DNA from: Intoshia linei | Taxonomy: Eukaryota; Animalia; Orthonectida | Direction of reading: 5' to 3' | NCBI GenBank assembly: GCA_001642005.1 | Contig: LWCA01000120.1 | Location: 1-50,583 of the forward strand | Length of the DNA: 50,583 nucleotides | In this document: one piece after another, positions 15,001 to 27,900 of the stretch | Layout: each line of letters starts with the position of its first letter | Numbering within the stretch: the first letter of the stretch is position 1 | Notes under the pieces: generated by a model | What the model saw: the letters and a program-made list of their open reading frames with translations, nothing else | Told to the model about the DNA's origin: nothing | Databases searched by the model: none | Position numbers and translations under genes: made by a program

Positions 15001-16378
15001 CACACCAAAAAAATTTATTCTGAATAAGTAATGCCTTCACGGTCAAAAAAGTACTTTAATATTCATTTTTTTATTTCGAAATTATTTGAAATAATTAATG
15101 GTCCTATAATTAACAAAAAGATTAATCTGATAGAGCTTATTCCATTTGATATATATACAAAACTTCAACGACAGAAATTTTAAATTTAAATATCTAGTTA
15201 GTAATAAAAAGTTTATCATATTACCTACTGACCATTTTTGTTTTAAGAATATTTTTGAATGTAATGAATGTTATTTTTGATAACATTTTCATAGATAATT
15301 AATGGTATTATCACTAGTATTTCTGATTTGACAATTTGAGGATAATTTAATTTATAACCTTTCAATATCAAATTTTAATGTTTAGATTGAAAATTTGAAA
15401 AATGAAAATAAATACTTTTCAAATGAATTAGCTAAAACTCAACAAGTCCAGGTTTATATACATGTTAATTTTGATCAAAGGTTTCTAATTAGTTGTAATT
15501 GAGTTTTATGTTGTGTTAATTATTTTTTAAATAATATTTACTGTCGATAAAAATGGAAATTTTTGGTTAGTTTTTTTAGTGTAATTTAGTTCTCTATCAT
15601 GAAAGTGAGTTTTACAGCCATTTAAGGGTGGTTTTTGAAATATCATTTTTAACCATCTTTTAATGGGTAAAATATTTTCACTATAAAAATTATTTTATCA
15701 AATTTCTTGGATAAATGATTATTAAACTTAATCAATTTGGAATGTTAATTTTAATTAATAATATATAGTAATATGTTAATATCTAAGTTATATTTATTAA
15801 TTTTTAGATGAAATCAAATAATGAAAAAGCTAAAAGTATTTCTAATTTTGATATATACATTTTATATGTAGTTTAATATTTTGTTATCAAAAATTCTTGA
15901 AAATTTTTTTTTCGTGTCCGGTTTTAACTTTGACATAATAAAATAGTATTATTATCAAATTAATGATATTACTAAAAAATTTTGAGGGTCGACAATTTCA
16001 TCTGGCTGGCACCATGCGACCCGCGGGCTACGTTTTATACCACTTTGATCTAATCATACTTTTTCGTATACGACAATTATTTTGTTGCTAACATCTGTAG
16101 TTTTAATACTTTTAGTTATTTTTAAGATTAATATATTTTTAAAGTTGTATCGAATTTATTACGCTTTGAAATGGTTCAGTGGTTGCAATCATTTAAATTA
16201 TGTATGATTCAGAAGGGTCACCAATAATTTATTATTTGAAAATGTAAATATCTTATTTAATATTATACTATTAGTTGATTTGGATATTCTTCGACAACAT
16301 TCAAGTGATTTGACTACGACAATGGTGGACAATATATCTAATTTACGTAGAAATATTGCAAAACAAACAACATTGTAA
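6078..16378 (+). CDS. TBC1D31: TBC1 domain family member 31 (WDR67): WD40 repeats + TBC domain + coiled-coil tail; start codon unresolved
   Basis: GCLWFRKS, MAFSIRRRNELL, HSAGHLFITSSRDGGQLWD, YKELPAKYRLFIWR, WFEYFPNPP, YPIFNKYPSFVVNYQ and EESWFRQQKL match recalled TBC1D31. Exons approx 6166-6216, 6255-7299, 9671-9993, 10080-10213, 10254-10387, 10429-10555, 10611-10877, 11421-11473, 11510-11662, 13478-13613, several small exons, last exon ~16275-16378 ending TAA. Confidence 0.93.
7363..8884. mobile_element. Non-autonomous hAT element
   Basis: CAGTGGTTC...GAATCAATG ends; 8-bp TSD GTCTAAGT at 7355-7362 and 8885-8892. Confidence 0.8.
7809..8447. mobile_element. Mutator-type foldback element
   Basis: Long imperfect inverted arms built of ~33-bp subrepeats; 9-bp TSD GTAAATTAA at 7800-7808 and 8448-8456. 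Confidence 0.75.
11804..13430 (-). mobile_element. Degenerate DNA transposon of the DTT..NTG / ARWM / VND.AE transposase family (possibly Sola2-like) in a TBC1D31 intron
   Basis: Minus-strand fragments ICDTTSEKTGIKSG (~13340-13385), KPGASSKARWMSHIIY (ORF 12519..13028), SVNDPA* (~12100-12117); GGGTG terminus at ~11804; stops and frameshifts. Confidence 0.55.
14294..14511. mobile_element. Tc1-like MITE
   Basis: TA|CAGTGCCGGTCAAAAGTCTTGGACCCC...GGGGTCCAAGACTTTTTATCGGCATTG|TA; a partial end recurs at ~39768. Confidence 0.85.
14512..15200 (+). mobile_element. Helitron-like repeat (related subfamily; other copies ~41800-42220 and 42720-43480)
   Basis: Near-identical to the reverse complement of ~42950-43480; shares internal segments with 27348-28113. 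Confidence 0.6.
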
Positions 16379-17282
16379 TGTCAGTTCTTTATACATTTGT
16401 TAAGTCTTCGATTTGTAATTATTTTATTAAAAAAGTATATTTCTTTACATTTTTGCTTCAATTACTATTTTATGATTAATCAAACGTTGGTAAGATTTTA
16501 GTATCTGCACTGAAATTAATTACAATTTGCAGTAATTTGGCTAATTTTTTTTTACATCACTTACTAATGTAGTTTAGCAGCCAGGTATAACCTTTATAAT
16601 GAACTGTTCAAATGTATAAATACTTATTTAATTTCAAAATCTTGTATTTTCATGATCAAAATCCTAGATTTCCCTTTTTTTAAAAAATGAAAACAGCCTT
16701 AGAATTTAAAAAAATACTAATGATACATTTATATCCTGTTAACGCACAAAAAATTTCAAACTGACAAACTGACGCCTTCATAGTCACAAAAACACTTAGT
16801 ATTCATTTTTAACGATTCTACAATTAAAAAAGATTTTTCTAATACAGCTTAGCCAGTTGATAAAAATACAAAATTTCACCACCAGAAAGATACGCATTCC
16901 CAGTGCAAAATAATTTTATAAACCAATATTTTTGAAATTTCTGGATTAACAACTGTAAAATGACAATAAATATTCATTCTACAATTTGAACCTCTACGCA
17001 TTTCCAATAAAGAAAAATGGGTGGCAATCTATATAATTGAATTCTTCGCAATTTTTCATTTTCAAAAAGTTTAAAATCACTTCGTACTAAATTTTAGTCT
17101 AAATCTACAACAACGAAGTACTAAAAAGTACAACTTTGTTAGTATTATTTTTATATTTATTACAATGTTAGTAAAATTCATGCGAATTATGTAATTAAAA
17201 CCCTGATTCAGTTAATTATAATTATTGATACAAAATTGATATTTTTACTCATCGAAAGCAAATGCCGAATATATATCATCAC

Positions 17283-18986
17283 TAAGGCAAGCAAAAGTCA
17301 GAAAAGTTAAAATTTGATATGTTAAATAGTTTAACATTTCCAGCATAATGGCACCAATATCGTCAATATTAATTGGGTAATTAAAATTTTTTCCAAATGT
17401 TAGAATTTTTTTAAAAGTTAATAAAGTTAGATTTTGAAATATTCAATTATTTACATGTGCATTGTTTTTAAATTTTAATCTAATAGTCAGTTAATGCCTA
17501 CATTTCCAAAGTCGAGACAAGAAAAAATTAATAATATTTTAAGAATATTTCCAAATGAATATAAAATGAAGGACGGCTGTTTAATTTGTATCAAATGCAA
17601 TTGTGATGTTTCATTTGAAAAATTATATTATGTGCAGAGTCAAAGGTCGTCTGTTAAACACAAATCATTAACTTTGAATGATACTACTCCAATCCGTAAA
17701 TATTGTAAATTAAAAAGTAATTTTGTCATTGACATAGTAGAACTTTTTGCCTCGGTAGACATACCCTTATACAAGTTAAACAACAAAAAGTTAAACGAAT
17801 TTTTTACCAACATGTACAAATCGTTACCATCTGAAAACAATTGTGGTGGTAAAATCGACCAGATATATTTGAAGGAAATTGAAAGGATAAAATCGTGTTG
17901 TAAAGATGAATTAATATTTATGATCTTGGATGAAACCGATTTAAACGATGTTAAATATATAAATATAATTGTCGGTACTTTGAAAAACCCCCAAAATTTA
18001 ATGCTGTTTGACTGTGAAATGATTAATACAAACATGAATGGTCAAATTGTTCTACATAATGTGGACGACACTGCCAAATCTTTGAATATAAAGAGGAAAA
18101 ATTTTGTTTTATTCGTAACTGATGCTGCACGGTAATTTTAAGGTTTTTGTCAATTGCAAATATATATATATAATATCAATATTAGATACAATACATCGAT
18201 CACATCACAATTGAAAATACTGTATCCAAATTTATTCCATGTTACTTGCATACGCCATCTAATGCATAACTGTTGCATGTAGCTTCGACAGAAATATACA
18301 ATTTTTGACGAACTCATCGGCAGCATAAAATTTTTTACATTAAAGAATAAATCGCTTCGCGAATTGTTTTATGACATTGATTATCCACTCAGACCAGGGA
18401 TTACAAGGTGGGGTACTTGGCTTAAAGCCAGTGTTTACTATATCAACAAATTTGAATTGGTAAAAAAATACCCGAAAATGGTGTAATTATACAGCGAGCG
18501 AAAAAAGCTGTATCTATGATTGGATTATATAATGAATTAATCAAATTAAACGGGTATACATCTATATTAGGTGTTATTGACATGGCAAAAGAGTCGTTCA
18601 CTATTAATCAAGCATATGATACAATAAAAAAATACAATTTATTCCTGACCCATGTGAAATACAACTATATATAGAAAAAAGAATGATATCGAAAAAATTA
18701 TGTTAGTTGTGGATCAGTCCAAACCTCCTTCATTGTACAACCAATTGAGAAATGGCCCTTCAACTTCTAACGGTGTAGAAAGAAATTTTAGCATGCTGAA
18801 GAAATTACTCACAAAACAAAGGAATTTTTTATCTAGTAACGTTAAAAAATATTTAATATTGTACCATAATAAATCCTTAATATTTAATTTTTTATATAAT
18901 GTATTTTTTATAGGTTAAAAAAGTTAGAATTTGATTTTGATAGGTTGTATTTTGACGATTTTATAGGTTAGAAAAAGTTTGCCCTT
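17283..18986 (+). mobile_element. Full-length but inactivated hAT transposon (CGGBP1-like transposase)
   Basis: Imperfect TIRs TAAGGCAAGC / GTTTGCCCTT; 8-bp TSD ATCATCAC at 17275-17282 and 18987-18994; ATAGGTT subterminal repeats at the right end. Confidence 0.88.
17494..18918 (+). pseudogene. hAT transposase pseudogene containing a 54-nt intron (18132-18185)
   Basis: BED-like CxxC...H, DETD, VTDAAR|Y, HVTCIRH, ITRWGTW, TSNGVERNFS motifs; in-frame TAG near 18280 and later frameshifts. Confidence 0.85.
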
Positions 18987-19229
18987 ATCATCACATTGAA
19001 AAAGACAGTACTGTATTTACAATGTTATTCTTTCTGAAATTTAAGCTATTTATGAAAATTATTAGGAGTACTATTTTTACTTTATTTTAAAAATTACACT
19101 ATTAGACAATTTCAGATTTTTTTTCGACCTCTCGGAGTATTTTAATTTAGAATGGAGGACATTTTGACAAAACTAATATTGAAAAAAATGGGATTAAGGT
19201 GGAATAATTTAATTTAAAAGGTAATGGTA

Positions 19230-19397
19230 TATAACGGGTCCACATGAAACAAGTTTTGGAACCACTTTAAAGGATTGATAATAGTAGTATTTTTAAGTTA
19301 GATTTTCAAGGTGAATTTATTTTTTTAGTAGAATAAAAATGTCCGCTCTCGTCAAATCTAGGTCCATTTTTTACGTAGTACATAACAGCCAACCTAG
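19230..19397 (+). mobile_element. Helitron 3' end fragment
   Basis: Similar to 27348-27520; ends CTAG|T. Confidence 0.65.
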
Positions 19398-20203
19398 TTA
19401 ATTAAGTAGATTAATATATCACCGGTATATTATACAGGTGTGACTGTATATCACTCGACATAATCGAGAATTAAATTTATACTATAAGAATAATCTCTAT
19501 TATAAGGTGATCAGAACTTAAGAACCCAATATTGTATGCTAATTAACATAAAAAATTAACTTTTGCAAATCCAAATGAATAAATAAATAAATTGAAAATG
19601 AAGTGTAAATTAACTTGAAATTCTATAAACTATAAGTTGAATTTAATATTGAAATCATTGTGTAACTTTGAAATGATTTTCTCAATTATGCACTATTTAA
19701 CCAAGAAACCTATTTTATACAAATTTAACAAAAAAGTAATATTTTTTAACCGTTTCACCGTTTGAGAATTACCAAGAATTCAGTAAATCGCAGTGTTAGA
19801 GTTATAATGTTTTATCTGCAAAAACATAGTTTTTCATCAATCGACTTTAAAGTTTAAAAGTACTATATTGCCTAAAATATAATTTTTATGTTGAAATTTA
19901 ATTATACAATTTAGTTTTTTAATATTTGTTAAAGTATAGTGTTGTAAGGTTGTAAGTAAAGTTGAAAAGTTTCGTACGATAAAAATAAAAACATAAGGGT
20001 TTTTCAGAACTTAAATTACACTAATAGAACAATCTGTCTAACTATTTAATTTGAAAAAATTGCAAATAGAACATTATTCTATAGAAACTGTTAACATTTA
20101 ACATTTTTATTAATTTATGTTTAAATAATAAAATTCTTAACTCATTGTCCATTTTGATTAACATACTGTAATCCTTTTATAATTTGATTTTTTTGATCTA
20201 TAA

Positions 20204-20532
20204 CAGGGGTGTTAATTATGCGGCCTCCAATTATGGAATGTGCGGCCCGCGTTATAATATAAATTTTTATTTTCTTAACAATTTTTTACACATATTTATT
20301 ATTTTACAGTTTTTTCATATATTTTTCATGATGGATTTATTCATTATTACAATTTTTGCACTTATTCCATTTTTATTGTTTTATATTTCATTTTATGAAT
20401 TAAAATTATTATAAATTAATTAAATCTGTTAGTTTTAACATAATTTTTTGAGTAAAGATTTTTTTTGTGCGGTCCGCGTAATAATTTTTTTTCACATTTG
20501 GCTCGCCAAGCAAATTGAGTCTGACACCCCTG
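20204..20532. mobile_element. hAT (Charlie/Buster-type) MITE
   Basis: CAGGGGTGT...ACACCCCTG TIRs; perfect 8-bp TSD ATCTATAA. Confidence 0.9.
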
Positions 20533-20932
20533 ATCTATAATATTTAATGTAATATTACATGTAGTCATATTTAAATATTACATAATTAATGATAAGTTCA
20601 AATTGAATTGTGACAATCACAAAATTTATTTATACTTATGATTACTATTATGGTTAAAATTAAAGTTTAAATTTACATTAGGACAAATAAGATTCACTGG
20701 TGTATGGTTTACCGAGAAATGTGCCATTAATCTACCTCATGAGTGATGACTAGTATTTCATCACAAATATTTTTTAATTAAATTTCTGACTTCCCGGCCT
20801 TATGTTTTGTACACAATCTAACAAAGGATACACTTTATTTAAATAAATTTGACAATAAAATGCATTTTTAATATCAATGACATTTATATAATTGTCTTAT
20901 ATATAAAACAACTTATTACATCTTTTTTATAG

Positions 20933-21703
20933 AAAATGGTTAGAGCGAGCTATAATTTGTACATGTGTACAGCGGAATTGAACAATTTCTTAAAATTTAT
21001 GAGTCGTATCAAAAATATGAAATAAAATAAAATTAGAAATTAGAAAATGAAATTGAAGATTCTTTTTATGGGTGGTTTAAATGTCTTTGTTTACACACGT
21101 GGTTTGTGGAAAGCCGATTGAAAAGGGAAGGAAAAGAAGGACAATTTTTAAATACATTTTTCACATCATTACCTGTTGAAGATGCGGCAGCTCGATCAAA
21201 ATTTATAGTTTTTTTAAGCAGTACATTATATTCATAATATATTTAGAACGACGGTCGTCATTTACTCAGTTCAGATGAGAAACAATTAACTTGTACCAAA
21301 TTCGCTATTCATAAATTGCTAGACGAGGTACATTTTTTATATTTAGTTATATTTAAACAACTTAGAATATCAATAAATCTGATTGCCACCTCGCCAATGC
21401 CATTTGGCTCTGTTTATATAATCCAGATTCAACTAAAACACGTAACCTTGAAAAAATTGTTGAATTTGTCCGTCGACAGGTAATATAAAAAATATATTCG
21501 TTATTCGCATTTAAATTTATACAGCGTATTCAACTTAAATTTAGAAATTACACATTGATCAAATTGACACTAAAACGTTGCTAAAATCGGGGTATATAGA
21601 TTATTTAAATTTTGAAAATTTCCAAATTGAAAAAAAAAAAACACTTAAATTATGGAATGAAATTAATTACAGAATTTATAATTGTCGGTTCAAAGTTTTG
21701 TAA
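20933..21703 (+). CDS. UQCC1: Ubiquinol-cytochrome c reductase complex assembly factor 1 (CBP3 homolog); 5' exons unresolved, possible start at ~19673
   Basis: Spliced exons ~20933-21005, 21044-21208, 21247-21327, 21366-21479, ~21545-21703 give DSFYGWFKCLCLHTW..RLKREGKEG, LLDE..SDCHLANAIW, LEKIVEFVRRQ, matching recalled UQCC1 (DTFNSWF..LHVW..RMKQEG, SDDHGLAAALW, LELLVEYVRKQ). Confidence 0.9.
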
Positions 21704-22112
21704 ATAAATATTCGTCATTCGTCTTTTTATCTACATGTAGTCGCATATTTTTCATTTCAAACCTAGTCAACATTTCATTTTTACATTTTATATTATTGTA
21801 GTTTATCTGATTAACAAATTTTGATAAAATCAATTACAGTAAGAAAGATTACTGTCAAAGTAATTAAAATTCAACGATTTACCTGTTTAAAGAAATCAAA
21901 GGTACAATTAACTGTTTAAAATAAAATTAAAAAATTTTAATAATAAAAGAATGTGTATTAACAAATATTAATTGTTTCAATTCAATATTTTTTTAAATCG
22001 ATTTGACTGTTATTGTAAAATTCAAGTGAAAATGAAATTTGAATATATTATGCGTGTCAAATTAAATTTTTTTAAATTTTAACCATTTAAGTCAATGATA
22101 TTACTGTATATT

Positions 22113-22263
22113 TAATTTACGACTGCAGTATCCGAGATGATCATATAGCTCTCGGGCCAGATATCGTTATTATATTGCACACAGTTTTAAAGGCATCTGC
22201 AACATTGCATTGGCTTTGTTGAGCAAAGAATTTGTTATGGTTGGGTAGCGTTTGCGCACCCCT
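22113..22263 (+). ncRNA. U1 snRNA with a divergent 5' end
   Basis: SL1 CCGAGA/TCTCGG with loop TGATCATATAG (U1-70K-like); SL2 CAGAT/ATCTG with ATTGCAC (U1A site); SL3 CAACA/TGTTG; Sm-like site AATTTGT; SL4 GGGTAGCG-TTTG-CGCACCC; order and spacing match U1. Confidence 0.85.
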
Positions 22264-22301
22264 TAATCAATAAATAAAAGATTTTATTATTATTAGTTTA
22301 A

Positions 22302-23963
22302 CAGTGGATATCACCTACATGGCCTATGTAAATAAAAGCTTCAAAATGAAGTTAAATCAAAATTTAAAAAATAGATAATGTAGAAAACATTTCATTCATC
22401 ACAGCGCAAATATTTTAAATTCGAAATAATTAACGCATAACAACAAATACTAATTATTAAAAATAAAATTACAAAAAAATAATTAAAACCAATTAAATAA
22501 AAACAAAATATAACTGGGTTCGAGATTGCTTACTATTAAAAGTTATAAAATTATGACACGAGATTGACACGCCTTCGTTCATTTTTACATGTAAATTTAA
22601 TTGTTTTTAAGAATAATAAACATTTGTTACTTGCGTTTTAACATAAAATAATAATTATCGAAATATGACCACAATACATTTAGTTGGCCATCCGGGAAGT
22701 ATCATTTTTATGGTAATATATCATTCGTATTGAAATAATAATATAAATTTTTTATTCTAAAATAAACATGTATAAATAAAAATATACAAGTGTAATTAGT
22801 CGTAATCTGTAGATGATTCATCTCTAAAATAAAAAAATATATATACATCGAAATACTAAGTAGGCTAGTTGAACGAAATTTTATAATTTTGATTTAGATG
22901 TTCCAAAAATTCCGTTAAATTTGACTTATACTATAAATCTTATCTTAAATATTATCGCACTGTCCATTACAATGAGAAAATTCTGAATATTTTTTTCGTT
23001 GAAACATTTAAACAATTTTTCCATTCAACCAATAAAATATTTGTGATTGAACATTCCGTGATAGTTTTTTTTTACCACCCTCAAATATGTCCATTGTTGG
23101 TTTGAATAATTCGCACACTTCTCAAATTTCATTTCCTTCGTTAATAATTGCAGAAATAACACAGTATCTCTGTCCTTTAAATCTTTGAATTGGTTCGGAA
23201 TACGAATCATCTTCCGGATCATACAGATAATCGTCATGTTGAGCATAATTGACGTGAATGTACGATTGTTTTCCTTTTCGATGGCCACGTTCAATCCATT
23301 TTTTGACAAAAACCTTTGAACCTTTCTTAGTTGACTTGAAAATTCGATTCATCGAAAAGGATATATTCCTTTTCGATTAACAGATTTAAGATATCTTTAG
23401 ATACAGTTCTAGTCTTTGTCAGCTATCGCTTTCTCAAGAATTCTTTAATCATTACAGTCACGTCGAGTCGTTTAATATCAGACATGATATCAAATTTTTT
23501 CCAATTACCTTGTACCATGTACAGTTATATTCTGGTTACCTTTAGAATTTAAGTATTTATTCCAAGTATCGAAACATAAATTATTACAACTATTCAAAAA
23601 ATGTGCTGTCTGAATATCAAGGTCAACTAATTTCTGTTTTCTTTCTTAATCATAATTATAAATGATTCATTAATAATGAATTATGAAATAATCACAAAGC
23701 AAATCATGACATAATTTTAATTTTTACACTGTGACATATAGAAAATTGTAATTTTTATATCTATGAAAATATGCTTTGAAACGCATTTTTTAGTAAAATT
23801 TTGGCTAAATACGCATTTTATTTCTATTGCACATTAATTTTCATAAATTACTATTTGCGCTACATACATTTACTAGATATAAACTTAATTAGACACATAC
23901 ATATTTAAAATTTAAATTGCAACACACTTTTTTTCTCATATGCCATGTAGGTGACGCTTACTG
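22302..23963 (-). mobile_element. Defective IS630-Tc1-mariner element
   Basis: ~27-bp TIRs CAGTggataTCACCTACATGGC / GCCATGTAGGTGAcgcttACTG|TA; minus-strand fragments TRTVSKDI, SYIHVNY, KGQRYCVISAI, NYHGMFNH, IVMDSA. Confidence 0.8.
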
Positions 23964-23999
23964 TAAGTATATTAATTTGAAATTTAAAAATTGCGTAGC

Positions 24000-24741
24000 A
24001 ATAAAAAAAATTCCGAAGGAATGAATTATATAGATTTTCACCCATATTTCTTTATTGAAAATGTGCAATGCACAATTTTTTTGAAATTGTAGGATAAATA
24101 TTTACATTTTTATTTTAATTAAAAGATTAAAAATTATTTTTCATCGGGAATTCGTAGATTTCTCGGGTTGAATTTTTGTAATTATGTCAACTGGAATAAG
24201 CTCTATCAGTATAATCTTCTTTTAATTTCCGCACCGTTAATTATTTTATATTTTTTGTTTTAATAAAATATTTGGGAAAAAACTTATATGAATACTAAAA
24301 TGCTTTTTTGACCGTGAAGTCGTCACTTATTCCGATTGAAATTTTTTATGTGTGTTAACAGGATACAACTGTACCACCCGTAAATCTTTTGAAATTCTAG
24401 GGCTGTTTCATTAAAAAAAGAAGGGTAATTTGGGGTTTTAACCCTGAAGATATAATTTTTTAACTTTAAATTTATGGTAATTTTTATGATTTTAAAATCA
24501 GTATTAGCGTATATATTTTTTTTAAATTTTCCAACTTGTTTGATTTTCAAAAAGAGGGACAACTCGGGTTTTTGACCTGTAAGATGTGAGTTTTGGAGGT
24601 TGAAATTATGTTTGCGAACACCCCAGAGAAAAGTGTAATGTGAAATGTGAACTTTATAAAGTTCTAAGACGGGTAGTTATTGAAATAAACGGCAACACAC
24701 TCACAAATAAATATTGCATAGCATATTATATAAGTAAGGAT
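24000..24741 (-). mobile_element. Helitron family copy, 5' part
   Basis: Reverse complement starts ATCCTTACTTATATAATATGC; similar to 27650-28113. Confidence 0.7.
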
Positions 24742-24924
24742 ATACACTTTTTCAACTTTCAATAACTAATATTATTCATTCGTTTAATTTGCAATTTTGT
24801 CAACTTGTTTAGTTAAATTTAAATTTAAATTTTTTTGTATTAAAATTATCACAAATAGAAATGGTACATTTGTTTTTGTTACATTATATATTTGTACTTG
24901 GATACAGATAGTAAATAATAACGT

Positions 24925-27900
24925 ATGGCTAAAAAAACTAAAAAGACCACAGACAAATCTACTGCTGACGTTGTAATAACCACATTCTAAATTTTAAATA
25001 ATTTCGACATATTTTTAGTTTGATCCCGTGACTCTAGAAAGTAGTCAAAGTGCTACAGTTGTCTTACTGTTGAATTCCAAGGAAGAAGAAGTTGTCATAA
25101 AAGCTTTAGAATCCTTAGTTAGATACGCAGATAAATGTAATTTAATATATTCATGAAATGTTGATTAATTTTAATTAACTTGATTTAATTTGATTTACCA
25201 TTGTTAATTACTTTACCAAATCATTTCTGAATTTTTAATTAACAAATGAATTTTTTGGATAAAAATAAAAGAAATGAACATTATCAACCATGTATTATAG
25301 CTTCATAAAAGTACTTACCCTAATACCTGTTTTTGTTTTGTTTAGTTTAAAAATGACATTTTAGTAAAATATCGTACTTTGGAATAAATACTGTATACTT
25401 TAATTATAATGATTTGGATAAGTAATTTCAACATTTAATTTTAATATAAAATATCTGTATTATTAGGTGATGAAAATAGAAAAGATCTTTTTGACCTAAG
25501 TTCGTTAGACATTTTAATAAAACTAACACAACATGAAAACAGAACAATTAGACGAAATTCTTCAATGTGTTTGGCTATATTAACTAAAAATGGTAACGTT
25601 TATTTTCAATTTCTTAATTATTTCCATTTACTTTACATTTTTGAATATTTATAAATTTATAACACTTAGCGGATGTTAGACTCTATTTAAAAAGACAAAA
25701 TGGAGTTTTGAGTCATTTTATCAATTTGCTTGGTCCAGATGGTATTTAATATATAATTTACCTATTAATATATTTAATAAAATAAAATCTTATTTATGTT
25801 TATTTCGATGGTGTTTTAATTTAAGGGTTGATCAGAGAAGGTTAAAGTAAATCTAATCATTTTTTGATACATTTTTTATTACCCCGTCTCTTATGCTAGG
25901 TATTCAAACCCTTTTCACGATGTAGACCAGTGCTTCACAATCGTGGTCCATTATGGACACTAGTGGTCTACAGAAAATTTATTGTGATCCTCATCAACCT
26001 TCCATAAAACGCTTATTATTTAAATTTTCGCTATGAATTTAAAATCTAAAGTTTCAATACTTATAATATAAAATTGGAAATTAGCAAACCATTTCAAATT
26101 GATCAAATTTTGCTTTACTTATTTGGAAGGATTAATAAGGACTATGCAAAGATTTAAAAATATTTTAGAGAAAAATTCCCTTTCTTATAATATTTTCTAT
26201 AGCTATTTCAAACAAAATCACCAATCAGCAGTAATGAAACAATCTTTAAAATTTCAATTGATTATCTGGTACATGTATTACTTAAAATGATTATTTTTAA
26301 AAAATAATTGAATAAAATTTTTTTAACCATAGATAATTTGATGACACTGATTTATGCTGATCCACAGAGTATAAAATGGAAATACTCAAACTAATTAATA
26401 TTCTACAGCAGTGGTTCCCGATTTGGGTCCCTGGACCCCTTGAGGGTCCAAAACTATATACGAGAATCCGTGAGATTCAAATAATTTTTATCAACTTTTG
26501 TTTATGTTTATAGGAGAATTTTTAATATTTATTACATACATGTAGTTGCCAGATGTCGGGAATTTATCCAAAATCCTAGACGACCGCTACATTATTATTT
26601 CAAAAATCCCAGTTTTATTCCACCTTTAATAAAATTTAATAAAAAATACCTTTCAAACACTCAGGGAAAAATCGACTTTTACCGATATTTTTTTGAAAAT
26701 CCCGATTTCATCAAATCTTTTAACAACAACTTCCTTATCCAAAACACAAAATAAAACATCCCCTTTTTCCAATATTTTAATCATAAACAAGATTTTACCA
26801 AATTTTTGAGAAAAACCTTTAAATATTTTCATAAATATTTTTTATTTCATATTTCCTTTGGGGTCCAAAAAAATAAAATTTTAAAATGGGACCTTACACT
26901 GTTTAAATCAGGAATCAGTTCTACAATGTAGAATCTACAGAGTTTAGGAAAGTTAAAATTAAACATTGTTAAACTTCTTTTTAGATTTTTTTGTCACGAA
27001 CCCTTAATTAATATAGTAGATGACTGGAAGATGTCGTAATTTTGTGATTTATGCCCACTCGGGTCATTAGCTCCCTGTTAAAATTCTCAATTTAATGATT
27101 TTGTTTACATTTACAATTAGAATCATCAATTATACATGAATATGCAGCATTATCCCTTTCAAATATTTGCACGGATATGCATGCTGCTATTGATGTGGCT
27201 CAAAGTGATGCTTTGGATGCTTTAACAAAATTATTAGAATCTAGTGACCCAGACGTTTCAAAAAATGCTGTAGAGACTTTATCAATTTTAGCTCAGGTTT
27301 TTTATTATATGAAAATGTCTAAATTAACATTATAAATTATAATTTAACTAGGTTGACTGTTATGTATTACGTACAAACAGCACCTAGCTCTGCCGAGGGC
27401 ACATTTTTATTATACCAAAAAAATAAATTCACGTTGAAAATGTAACTAAAAAAATTCTATAATTAATTATGATTAATTTTTTAAAAGAGTGGTTCCCAAA
27501 TTTGTTTCAGGTGGAACCATCATATCACATTACTTTATACTTTAAAGTGAATTATTCCATCTTAATTTTTTTTAACATTTGCCTAAAGGATTTTAAAAAC
27601 AATTGTTCTCATTTTTTTAATTTATTAGACAAAAGGTGTATAATATATATGAATACTAAAATGCTTTTTTGACCGTGAAGTCGTCACTTATTCAGATTTA
27701 TAATTTTTGTGTGTGATAACAGGATACAACTGTGCCACCTGTAAATTTTTTTAAATTCTAGGGCTGTTTTCATAATAATAAAAAAAAGGGTAATTTGTGG
27801 TTTTGGCCTTGAAGATATATATCTTTTTTAAATTTAAATTTATGATAATATTTATGATTTTAAAATCCGTATCAGAGTATATATTTTTTTAAATTTTCCA

